Below are positions 6,812 to 15,544 of a stretch of 15,832 nucleotides of DNA, one piece after another. Source of the DNA: Planctomycetota bacterium (GTDB lineage Bacteria > Planctomycetota > Planctomycetia > Planctomycetales > Planctomycetaceae); contig CAUZVF010000025.1 of the NCBI GenBank assembly GCA_963582955.1, positions 1 through 15,832 on the forward strand, given 5' to 3'. The notes beneath the pieces were generated by a model. It was not told the DNA's origin and searched no databases. It worked only from the letters and a program-made list of their open reading frames with translations. The position numbers and the translations under genes were made by a program. Every line of letters begins with the position of its first letter. Position 1 is the first letter of the stretch.

Positions 6812-9251
6812 GAGCCTCTCGTCGTTCGGCGCCCAGCATGCAAGTCTGACGATCGGCCAACTCGAACCCGTGCCGGATTGCGATGTTTGCGATACGAGAG
6901 ATCTGATCGGCTGTCAGTGATCCGGCAAATGTCGCATCTCGAACTCCTTCGAATCCCAGCAGGATGCCTTCCGCCATGCAACCAAAAGTGTATCCGTTCG
7001 GGAGCGGAAACCCGTCAATCTCTAAATCCTCACCGAACGGAAGCCGCACGATACCACCCTTGAGAATTTCGATATCGGGGCGCAATTCCGGTGTTTTAGG
7101 ATGAATGCTGCTGGGCACGGAAACGTCGCACACGATCGTGTTCTCGGCAAAGTGAGTTGGCTCCAACGGTGTTTCGACGGTACTCATCGCCGACAGCACC
7201 ACATGCGCATGGCGGATGTCGGTGATTTCGGTCGAGATCTCGGAGTTTGGAATTCTCGACGACAGCTTGTTCAACCGCGCGGCAGAACTTCGCTTGTTAC
7301 TACCGAGCAAGATCGTCCGGCGGAATTCTCGTCCGAGGAATTCGGCGCATGTGCTGCCAATGTTTCCCGCCGCACCGGCAATCGCGAGGACGGAATCTGA
7401 CCGGTTGATCCCACGCTCACGCATTGCGCGATCGATGGCTTGAATCGCCAACGCGATTGCGAAACTGTTTCCGGTCGTCAGGCCCATGTCGGTTACATTC
7501 AGACCACGGCCGTTGCGAGTCGCGATGGACGTGTATTGGCCGAGCGAGACGACGTCACAACCCAAGTGCCGGGCAACCTCGACAGCTTGCTCGATCAGTT
7601 GCTGGCATTGTCCACGCCGTCGCGATTCAATCCTGCGTTTCATCCACGAAGACGTGACTGGCAACATGATGGGATATAAGCGAACGTTTTCGTCCGTGAG
7701 CGAGCGGACATCGACGCCACTCATCACCACGGGACTTGCAAACGTACTGAATCGTTCCAAATAGTCTTTCAGTGATTCGCTCGAAAGATTATCGAATGAC
7801 GGTTCTTGGGCGACGAAGTCGTACACATCGATTCCGTGAAACAACCACGCCACGCGCTTTGGCGGAATGTCGCGTTGTTGCTCACGAAACCGGGATTCAT
7901 TCTTGGCGAACAGTTTCCAATCGGTTTGCAGCCAAGTCGTTGTTGGCTGAGCGGCATCGGCGACTGGTTCCGCGAGGAACTCGGTCAAAGCCACGGCATC
8001 GCCGTCTCGCAGACGCGTGCAGATATCTTCGAGTGCACAAATCAGCCGATCCAAGTCAGCGTCACGGATCAGTACGGACGGCTGAATCCGCAGCGTAAAC
8101 GGATCGCTGAGCGTTGCCGTTGCGCGAATCTGATGCCGATTCAACAAGTATCCCATCAACGCAAAGACAAGGTTGTCCTGAGACGACAGAAATCGCAGCA
8201 CAAAGCTGGAGGAATCGGACAGACGGCGAAATTCAATGCCGATCATCAACCCGGCTCCGCGGACATCGGCGATGATGTCGGGGAATTCTTGTCCAATAGA
8301 CCGCAGCCGGCCAAGTAGCCGATCACCTTTCGAGCGACAAGTGGCAAGAGTCGCCTCGTCGATCAATTCCAGAGTTTTCATCGCCAGGGCGCACGAAAAC
8401 TCGTCTTCCGCAAACGTGCTGGTGTGCAGCAAATCAAACGATTCGTCATAGCGGTCACGACGGATTAACAGCGCCGAAATCTTCGCGACACCTCCGCCGA
8501 GCGATTTGGCCAACAGAATGTAGTCGGGATCGACGCCCAGGTTTTGACACGCCAGGAATCGGCCCGTGCGTCCCGTCCCCGTCTGACATTCGTCAGCGAT
8601 CAACGGTACGTGGTGTTCCGCACACAACTCGGCCGCCCGCTGCAGGAAGGCAGGTTCCAGCAATCGAATGCCACCTTCTCCTTGAATGGGTTCGAAAATG
8701 AAGCCGGCGATTTCTGTCAGTCCGGCGAATGTCGCCTCCAAGTGCGCGATATCGTTGACTCGCACGCGCGCAACGTTCATTCCATTCAGCTTGAACGGTT
8801 TGCGGTAAGTTTCGTTTGCATCGAGCTGGACGGCTCCCAGCGTCTTTCCATGAAACGCGTTTTCGAGGCACACGAAGGTGTGGTTGCCGGTCTCCAGCAT
8901 CGCGTGTTTCATCGCCGCTTCGACGGCTTCGGCACCCGAGTTACCGAAGACCGCACAGAAATCACCGTTGGCACGACGCGACAACTCGGTTGCCAGTTGA
9001 CAGGCGCCTTCACGCATCGAACCCTGCACGTGAAGTGGCCGGCCGCTCGACAGAAATTGTTGTGCCTCGGCGACGAGTGCGGGATGCGAATGTCCTAGTA
9101 ACAGCGAACCGTAACCGCAGACCAGATCAAGCACTTCGGTTTCGATGCCGTTCTCATCACGATAAAAGACGAAATCACCGGCCGCGCGATGATAGACAAC
9201 GTCAAGCCGCAGTGCTTGGAGCAACTTGGATAATCGCGGGTGATGATTCAA
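6795..9251 (-). CDS. Fusion protein: class III PLP-dependent aminotransferase (about aa 1-430) plus long-chain acyl-ACP reductase (AAR)-like domain (about aa 465-800)
   Basis: Aminotransferase: 'VFGNSGAEAVEAAMK', 'FEPIQGEGG', 'ADECQTGTGRTG', PLP lysine K249 in 'LLAKSLGGG'. AAR-like: 'AWLFHGIDVYDFV', 'LPVTSSWMKRRIE', 'VVSLGQYTSIATRNG', 'TTGNSFAIALAIQA', Rossmann 'IAGAAGNIGS', 'EILKGGIV', 'FGCMAEGILLGFEG', 'IANIAIRHGF'. TTG start at 9251 with AAGGA 7 nt upstream. Confidence 0.88.
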   Translation of the reverse strand: MNHHPRLSKLLQALRLDVVYHRAAGDFVFYRDENGIETEVLDLVCGYGSLLLGHSHPALVAEAQQFLSSGRPLHVQGSMREGACQLATELSRRANGDFCAVFGNSGAEAVEAAMKHAMLETGNHTFVCLENAFHGKTLGAVQLDANETYRKPFKLNGMNVARVRVNDIAHLEATFAGLTEIAGFIFEPIQGEGGIRLLEPAFLQRAAELCAEHHVPLIADECQTGTGRTGRFLACQNLGVDPDYILLAKSLGGGVAKISALLIRRDRYDESFDLLHTSTFAEDEFSCALAMKTLELIDEATLATCRSKGDRLLGRLRSIGQEFPDIIADVRGAGLMIGIEFRRLSDSSSFVLRFLSSQDNLVFALMGYLLNRHQIRATATLSDPFTLRIQPSVLIRDADLDRLICALEDICTRLRDGDAVALTEFLAEPVADAAQPTTTWLQTDWKLFAKNESRFREQQRDIPPKRVAWLFHGIDVYDFVAQEPSFDNLSSESLKDYLERFSTFASPVVMSGVDVRSLTDENVRLYPIMLPVTSSWMKRRIESRRRGQCQQLIEQAVEVARHLGCDVVSLGQYTSIATRNGRGLNVTDMGLTTGNSFAIALAIQAIDRAMRERGINRSDSVLAIAGAAGNIGSTCAEFLGREFRRTILLGSNKRSSAARLNKLSSRIPNSEISTEITDIRHAHVVLSAMSTVETPLEPTHFAENTIVCDVSVPSSIHPKTPELRPDIEILKGGIVRLPFGEDLEIDGFPLPNGYTFGCMAEGILLGFEGVRDATFAGSLTADQISRIANIAIRHGFELADRQTCMLGAERREAHVNTR

Positions 9252-9443
9252 CTCGAAGTCCTTGGTCCGCTACGCAGGATCGCCGTGTTCGAGCCAGCAA
9301 CGGCTGCACTTTTTTTGGCCAGCGATCGCACTGGCGGTTGCAAGATTTCCACAATAACTTCCCATCGGATTCGGTCGCACGAGTTGGCGGTGAAAAAGCG
9401 CGCTATCCAACGAAACAAGACCCGTGGCGGTTTTCGAGCGTTT

Positions 9444-10829
9444 TTACAACGCGGAAAGAACTTCAGAGATCGTCCGATCCAAGATCGAAACGATCTCGTC
9501 GGCCTGTTTCTCGGTCAAAACCAACGGCGGTCCTAGTGCCAGCCAGTTGGGATCGAATCGCGTCAGCAGTCCGTTTTCAAGAGCACGTTGACCGATCTGG
9601 GTGCCGATTGGAAAGTCAAATTGCTCCTTCGTGTCGGGATTGCGCACGAATTCCATCCCAAGAAAGAGCCCTTTGCCGCGGATGTCGCCGATGATGCCAT
9701 GCTTGGAGCCAAGCTGCTCGATGCCTTTTCTCAGATGAGCCCCGACTTGACGCGCGTTCGCGCAAAGATCGCGTTCGACGATTTCAGCCAAGGTTGCCAA
9801 ACCGGCCGCGCTGGAAATCGGATTGCCTTCAAACGTATGCCCCTCGACGAATCCCGGATTGCTGGCCGGATCGCCCCAGAACGCATCGGCAACGTGCTGA
9901 CGGCAAACCAATGCTGACAACGGCGCGTATCCGCCACTGAGACCTTTTCCCAGACAGACCAGATCGGGGATGACGTCGAACGTCTGTGCCGCGAGAAAAT
10001 TGCCCGTTCGCCCCGCCCCCGTGATGATCTCGTCAAATACCAACAGCACATCGTATTTGTCACAGATTTCGCGCAGCATCGGCAGATATTCTTCGGGAGG
10101 ATCGATGATGCCGCCGGTGTGTCCGATCGGTTCGACCATCACGGCCGCCACGGTTTCAGGACCTTCCATTTCGATGACGTCACCGATCAAACTGGCACAT
10201 GTCAATTCGCAAGATGGATATTCTTTGCCGAACGGACATCGGTAACACGTCGGCGGAAACACATGCACGAATCCGCCAGCCAGCGGTTCGTTGACGGCGC
10301 GGCGCGACGCCAGACCGCCGGCCGACAGCGAACCCATCGTGGAGCCATGCCAAGACTGATACCGCGAGACGATTTTGTATTTCGTCGCCTGACCCTGCAG
10401 CTTGAAGTACTGGCGAGCCATTTTGATCGCGGCCTCGGTGGCTTCCGAACCGCCGGACAAGAGTTTGACGGCGTTCAAATCTGCAGGAGCCAACTCGGCG
10501 ATGCGGTTGGCCAGTTGCACGGCCAGCGGATTGGTTCCGTGCATTACTGGAGAAAAACTGAGCACGTCCATTTGTCGCTTGATCGACTCGATCACGCGGC
10601 GGTTGTTGTGTCCGACGCTGACCACATAGATGCCGGAAAGTGCATCAAGATACTGCTTTCCGTTGACGTCCCAATAATGGACGCCGTCGGCTCGCGACAT
10701 GATCAGTGGATTTTTCACAAAGTCGGTCATCTGCGACCGGACGAATATCTTCCGCAGGAATTGCTCTTCCGTCGATTGTGCTTCCGAAATTGTCACGTTC
10801 GTGGTTTCTTCAATCGTGTGTTGATCCAT
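9444..10829 (-). CDS. Class III (aspartate aminotransferase family / omega-transaminase-like) PLP-dependent aminotransferase
   Basis: 461 aa with 'YLDALSGIYVVSVGHNN', 'LLSGGSEATEAAIKMARQY', 'CYRCPFGKEYPSCELTCA', 'LVFDEIITGAGRTG', PLP lysine in 'LVCLGKGLSGGYAPLSALV', 'HTFEGNPISSAAGLA'. Confidence 0.92.
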   Translation of the reverse strand: MDQHTIEETTNVTISEAQSTEEQFLRKIFVRSQMTDFVKNPLIMSRADGVHYWDVNGKQYLDALSGIYVVSVGHNNRRVIESIKRQMDVLSFSPVMHGTNPLAVQLANRIAELAPADLNAVKLLSGGSEATEAAIKMARQYFKLQGQATKYKIVSRYQSWHGSTMGSLSAGGLASRRAVNEPLAGGFVHVFPPTCYRCPFGKEYPSCELTCASLIGDVIEMEGPETVAAVMVEPIGHTGGIIDPPEEYLPMLREICDKYDVLLVFDEIITGAGRTGNFLAAQTFDVIPDLVCLGKGLSGGYAPLSALVCRQHVADAFWGDPASNPGFVEGHTFEGNPISSAAGLATLAEIVERDLCANARQVGAHLRKGIEQLGSKHGIIGDIRGKGLFLGMEFVRNPDTKEQFDFPIGTQIGQRALENGLLTRFDPNWLALGPPLVLTEKQADEIVSILDRTISEVLSAL

Positions 10830-10856
10830 GAGTTTTTTCCTGGGCGCCTTTCAATT

Positions 10857-11270
10857 TCATAGTGTCACGCCACGCCATTCTTCTTTGTATTCCGTAACAT
10901 CAACGACGTTGCCATCGGGGTCCAACACTTTGAACGACCGGCGCGGCGTCCAATCGTCACCAATCTCGTTTCGCGACTTGACGTCGTCTTTCGAGAACTC
11001 AGCTCCCCAATCGGACAATCGCTGCCAACATTCTTTCAAGTCATCGACGATGACTCCAAAATGAATGTACTCGTTGCCTTCGTCGAGGACTGGCCGCGAG
11101 CAATCATCGGGCTGCTGCAGCAACGTAATGTTGTTCACACCGTCGCTCAGGTCGAGACCGAGTCCGCTCGGCCGGTAGCCGATGAACTTCCAATCGAAAG
11201 CGGTTTCGTAAAATGTGCGGGACTTTTCCATGTCCATGCACCGGATTGCCAGATGTCGTAGTGAAGCCAT
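10857..11270 (-). CDS. VOC family (glyoxalase/bleomycin-resistance/dioxygenase superfamily) protein
   Basis: 137 aa with 'LRHLAIRCMDMEKSRTFYETAFDWKFIG', 'YIHFGVIVDDLKECWQRLSDWGAEF', 'KVLDPDGNVVDVTEYKEEW', typical of a VOC fold. Stop codon lies 27 nt upstream of the next gene's start. Confidence 0.87.
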   Translation of the reverse strand: MASLRHLAIRCMDMEKSRTFYETAFDWKFIGYRPSGLGLDLSDGVNNITLLQQPDDCSRPVLDEGNEYIHFGVIVDDLKECWQRLSDWGAEFSKDDVKSRNEIGDDWTPRRSFKVLDPDGNVVDVTEYKEEWRGVTL

Positions 11271-11584
11271 TGACTGCTCCGTTAAGAGGATCTCTTTCGG
11301 CCATTTCCATCAAAGAGGGCAAATGCACTTGTGATCTGTCAGCCGTCAACCGATGGGTGTCAAAAAGTCACAAGACTTCTGGTTCGAACTTAGCTGTGAC
11401 AAAACACTCGTTTCCGGTTTCAACAATTCTGAACCAATCTCACGAAAATAGAAAGTTGTAGTAGCAGAATATGCCAAGACAGTTTACCATCGGTTCACTG
11501 CCGTTCTGATTTTTGGATATTTTTTTGACCAGCACTGCATCTGGCAATTCTCGGTCTTAGGCGAGATCAGGAAAGGGGCTCAAG

Positions 11585-13312
11585 ATGGCAATCGACGTCA
11601 CTTGCGACAGTTGTTTTTACGAGTTTAGTGTTCAAGACCAGCATGCTGGCAAACGTGGCCGATGTCCTGAATGCGGCGAGAGTGTCATGGTACCGGGTCG
11701 AGCTAGCCGCCCACAACGTCCCGCCCGAGGTGGCGCGTCGCCACCGTCCCGCCGGCCATCGTCGGGCGGCCGAACGAGAAGCGAATCGTCATCGGGATTG
11801 TCGGCTCCGGTCGGCGTGATCGTCGCTGGTTCCATCGCCGCGGTCGCCGTTATTGGATTTCTCGTGTATGCAATGGCTCGTGGCAGCGGCGAAAATAATT
11901 TGCCAGCCGGCGGCCAACAAATTGCCGCGAACGGTGAAAACGGCACTGCATCGAGCAACGATGACAAGTCGTCAGACGCCTCCAAGCGTTCGCAATCGCA
12001 GGGAAGCTCAAAGAGCGGCAATTCTCAGAATTCCAACGGCGCAAAATCGCAAGAAGTTACGTCAAACTCGACGGCGGGTTCATCGATTTCCACCGTTCCC
12101 AACAATCAGTCAGACAATAACAATCCGCAAACAAATGGCGGAGGCAACTCACCGGGCAACTCGGCAAGCAATTCTAGTACCAGTGCGGCTGCAAAAACGA
12201 TGTCAACAAAGGAATTGGTGGCGCTCATAGAGCCATCCGTCGTTCGAGTTAACGCCGTGAACGAAGAGGGCAAGCTCGAATGGCATGGCAGCGGTTTCAT
12301 CATCGAATCATCCGGCGTGATCGCGACGAATCACCATGTCGTTGCCGGGGCACACAAGGTTATTGTTGAATTCTCGGACAAGAAGAGTTACGCCGCCGAA
12401 GGTTACTACAAGATGAATCAGAAGTGCGATATTGCGATCATCAAGGTGAAATTGCCGCCGGGTTATCGGGCGCTTCCGTTAGCGAGTTCTGTGGCCGAGA
12501 AGGGAGAACAGGTTGTGGCCTTTGGGTGTCCGCACGGACTTGATTTCACGATCACCGACGGAACTGTGAGTGCACTTCGGACGTCGGAAGACATGAAGAA
12601 GATGGTTGGCCGCGACGGCACGGGAGAATGGATTCAAACGTCCGCACCGATTTCGTCAGGAAATAGCGGTGGCCCACTGGTCAACATGCAGGGCGAAGTG
12701 ATTGGCATTAACAGCTTGACCAGCACTCGGGGGCAAAACCTGAACTTCGCCATTTCGGCGGCTGATGTCCGTCAAATGTTCGAGTCCCGGGGCGAGACAT
12801 TGGTGGCTCTTTCCCGGGCTACCGAACCGAAAGGTGGCACAAAAACGCCTTCAAAGAAACAAGGGGAAGAATACGCGAAGATGTATCTCGCTCAAATTGA
12901 CTCCGTCTTTATCGGCGTGGCGAAGGAGGGTGACGCCGTCGATAAAAAGTCGCAGGAAAAGATTGGCGAGGCTATCGAAGGTCTTGCCAAACGCACACTC
13001 CGTAAATTAGATATTGGAACGGCTGGAATCATGGCCCAGTTTGGCCCGCGCATGCTCTTTACCGTCGAAGCGTTGGATGGCGCCGAGGCGGGAACCGCCG
13101 AAATCTCAATCGAGGCGGAGCTGATTTATCTTGTGCAGAAGGGTAATCTAATCCAGATCATCCCCCTTTGGAGTATGCGTGCCACTCTGGGGTCCGGGAA
13201 AAAGTTTCGTTTCCGGAAGGATCCGATGAAATACATCGATAAGGGAATGAAGGAATTCTTCCAAAAGATGGAGAACGAGATTCGGGCGGCCCGCAAACGC
13301 GCAGCGGGATAA
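11585..13312 (+). CDS. Trypsin-like (S1C/HtrA-type core) serine protease with N-terminal zinc ribbon, TM segment and Ser/Asn-rich linker
   Basis: 'CDSC...CPEC' ribbon (aa 7-30), TM near aa 75-97, low-complexity linker near aa 100-205, catalytic core 'GSGFIIESSGVIATNHHVV', 'QKCDIAIIKV', 'SAPISSGNSGGPLVNMQGEVIGIN'. No PDZ domain is evident after the core. Confidence 0.88.
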   Translation: MAIDVTCDSCFYEFSVQDQHAGKRGRCPECGESVMVPGRASRPQRPARGGASPPSRRPSSGGRTRSESSSGLSAPVGVIVAGSIAAVAVIGFLVYAMARGSGENNLPAGGQQIAANGENGTASSNDDKSSDASKRSQSQGSSKSGNSQNSNGAKSQEVTSNSTAGSSISTVPNNQSDNNNPQTNGGGNSPGNSASNSSTSAAAKTMSTKELVALIEPSVVRVNAVNEEGKLEWHGSGFIIESSGVIATNHHVVAGAHKVIVEFSDKKSYAAEGYYKMNQKCDIAIIKVKLPPGYRALPLASSVAEKGEQVVAFGCPHGLDFTITDGTVSALRTSEDMKKMVGRDGTGEWIQTSAPISSGNSGGPLVNMQGEVIGINSLTSTRGQNLNFAISAADVRQMFESRGETLVALSRATEPKGGTKTPSKKQGEEYAKMYLAQIDSVFIGVAKEGDAVDKKSQEKIGEAIEGLAKRTLRKLDIGTAGIMAQFGPRMLFTVEALDGAEAGTAEISIEAELIYLVQKGNLIQIIPLWSMRATLGSGKKFRFRKDPMKYIDKGMKEFFQKMENEIRAARKRAAG

Positions 13313-13410
13313 CGTCGCCAATCGATTTGGACAGAGACAAACTTTCGACAGCGTTCCCGCTGGATTTCACCGCCGGGCTGTTACATTTCCGGGCCGTCAA
13401 CTTTGCTCGC

Positions 13411-15465
13411 TCACTTGCTTAACTTCATGCGGGCAACGCGGGCGAAGCGTTGGTCCGGCTTCTCCGGAGCTGCGTCGCTCAATACCGCCGGCAACCACAT
13501 CGGACGCGGGGCCTTGTCGTCGGGCATCGATTCCAGTATGGGAATCTTGATCTCGCCGATCTTCGGGCCGAACCGATGAGCGTCGGATTCGTGGAGGAAC
13601 AGCTTCTGACCGCCGATCAGTTTTGAAATCGCGGACGCCAGTTCTCCACCAAGACCCAGCCACAAAACGACGTTCGGGTCGGCTCGCAGAGCGATGCCTT
13701 GGTCGCCCGATGTTTCCATATGCTTAGCAAACGCTTCTTGCAATTCGGGGATCGTGGCATCCTCATTTGACTGCACAAAATCCGCCACCGCGCCCATCAC
13801 GTCGCCTTCTTGCAACAACGTAACCCACCGCTCGTCGTCCGAATACAATTCGTCCATCGCGGACAGGTCCAAATCGTCGTCATCGCTAGTTTCTTCTTTA
13901 TCGGTTTCGTCAAAGGGCTTGCCTTCTTCAACGCCTTTCTCGCGTTGCTCTTGTTCCAACATCTGCATCACGCGGCTGTCCGGAGTCGCCGGCCGGCACC
14001 GCGGCCGGCACCATTCCCGCAGAGCGAAGATCTTTTCTTCCATAGTGACCGACAACGGTACGGTTTCCTCACGGGCGCGGTCGAGATCCTTTTGGGTCAT
14101 CCCAGCTTCGCTGCCGAATGTTTCGACCATGGCCGTCAAGACGATCTGTTCGATTTCCGCGCCGCTGAAGCCTTCCGTCTGTTCCGACAATGTCCGTACC
14201 TCGTAGTCGTCGGGATTGAAGTTTCGTTTTTTGAGATGAATTTCAAAAATCTCGATGCGTTCGTGGTAGTTCGGCAAGTCGATAAAGAACAGTTCGTCAA
14301 AACGTCCACGACGCAGCATTTCGGGCGGCAGAGCGGTGACCGAGTTGGCCGTTGCAACCACGAACACGCCCGCCGTGTTTTCTTGCATCCACGTCAGAAA
14401 CCGGCCGACCAGCCGGACCATGACCGAATCGGTCGTGTCACCGGTTGAGCCGGCGAAACCCTTCTCGATTTCATCCAGCCACAGCACGGCCGGAGCGATC
14501 ATTTCCATCAGGTTCAAAACGTCACGGAGGTTCTTCTCGGATGCACCGCTGTCGGCACTGAGCAGCGTCGAGACATCCAGCCGCACTAAGGGAAAGCTGA
14601 GCATCATCGCGATCGCTCGCGACGACAGGCTCTTACCACACCCCTGAACACCTAACAGCAACACGCCTTTCGGTGCGGGAATGCCCTGTTTGCGAGCCTT
14701 TTCGCTGAATGCCTGAGACCGGCGTTCGGTCCAATCTTTCAGCCCCTGCAGGCCGCCGATGTCTCCTTTGCCCTCGGCCAATTCCTGGAATTCCAGCATG
14801 TCCGATCCCGATACCATGCTCTTTTTCTCGGAAACCAGCAGCTTAAACGTCTCGTTGCCGATCTCGTTGCAATCCAGCAGGCCGCGGGCGAGAGCGCGGT
14901 GTGCCTCGCGCGTTGTCAGGCCCATCACGGCCTTGATCATCCGCTCTTCTTGATCATCCGTGACACTCAACGTTGAACCGTTTCGCGAGTTTCGCTCATC
15001 CAATACCGCTGTCAGTTCCTTGCGGATTTCCGGTATTCCGGGCAAAGGGAGTTCAACGGCGATGGCATCCTTCACCAATGAAACGGGAATCTGCGGATTC
15101 GGACCCATGAAGAGCAACGACTTGTTGTTTTCCTTCAGGTTGGGGATCAGGTCACGAAGCTTCCGCACAACTTTCGGGTCGTTGAGGTACGGCTGAAAAT
15201 CTTTGATGAGGAAAAGCGTGTCACGACTGTATGTTTCAATCTGTTCCAGCATCGCCAGCGGACTGGCCGTGTCGCCGTCGTCGGCACGCGCCGGAGGCAG
15301 CATCCCCGTGGTGACCGACCATGTCGCGATTCCTTTCTCAATCTCCAGAGCCAATTCCGCCAGTTCCGACTCCCAGCGTTCTTCTTCCCAAGTTTCAAGA
15401 AACAGCACCGAGAAGCCCGAGACAATTCTCGCACGCAGCAGATCAACAGCTTCGGATGTTAACAT
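13411..15465 (-). CDS. AAA ATPase, Ycf46/FtsH-AAA-like without a protease domain
   Basis: 684 aa. 'KGVLLLGVQGCGKSLSSRAIAM' (Walker A), 'APAVLWLDEIEKGFAG' (Walker B), 'VATANSVTALPPEMLRRGRFDELFFIDLP'. The N-terminal region resembles Ycf46. Long C-terminal extension with an acidic linker. Confidence 0.88.
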   Translation of the reverse strand: MLTSEAVDLLRARIVSGFSVLFLETWEEERWESELAELALEIEKGIATWSVTTGMLPPARADDGDTASPLAMLEQIETYSRDTLFLIKDFQPYLNDPKVVRKLRDLIPNLKENNKSLLFMGPNPQIPVSLVKDAIAVELPLPGIPEIRKELTAVLDERNSRNGSTLSVTDDQEERMIKAVMGLTTREAHRALARGLLDCNEIGNETFKLLVSEKKSMVSGSDMLEFQELAEGKGDIGGLQGLKDWTERRSQAFSEKARKQGIPAPKGVLLLGVQGCGKSLSSRAIAMMLSFPLVRLDVSTLLSADSGASEKNLRDVLNLMEMIAPAVLWLDEIEKGFAGSTGDTTDSVMVRLVGRFLTWMQENTAGVFVVATANSVTALPPEMLRRGRFDELFFIDLPNYHERIEIFEIHLKKRNFNPDDYEVRTLSEQTEGFSGAEIEQIVLTAMVETFGSEAGMTQKDLDRAREETVPLSVTMEEKIFALREWCRPRCRPATPDSRVMQMLEQEQREKGVEEGKPFDETDKEETSDDDDLDLSAMDELYSDDERWVTLLQEGDVMGAVADFVQSNEDATIPELQEAFAKHMETSGDQGIALRADPNVVLWLGLGGELASAISKLIGGQKLFLHESDAHRFGPKIGEIKIPILESMPDDKAPRPMWLPAVLSDAAPEKPDQRFARVARMKLSK

Positions 15466-15544
15466 GATGATTGAACCAAGAGTTGTTGGTGAGGATTCGT
15501 ATTCACTTCGTCAGCGGATATTCTGGCCACAACACATTCTTGAC

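Noticed and set aside
9322-9329. GCGATCGC octamer (HIP1-like, as enriched in cyanobacteria)
   Set aside because: Only one occurrence noticed; no evidence of enrichment or function.
8816-9694. 292-aa plus-strand ORF (largest antisense ORF in the window)
   Set aside because: Arg/Pro/Ser-rich with no recognisable domain, and antisense to the well-supported aminotransferase genes; typical shadow ORF in high-GC DNA.
11293-11374. Short inverted pairs upstream of the VOC gene (ctcttt/aaagag; cttgtga/tcacaag)
   Set aside because: Arms of 6-7 bp in a 314-nt intergenic region are expected by chance; no recognisable operator or promoter supports them.
13694-14448. 170-aa and 212-aa ORFs overlapping the AAA ATPase gene antisense
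   Set aside because: Composition matches reverse-complement shadowing of a coding sequence; no independent support.
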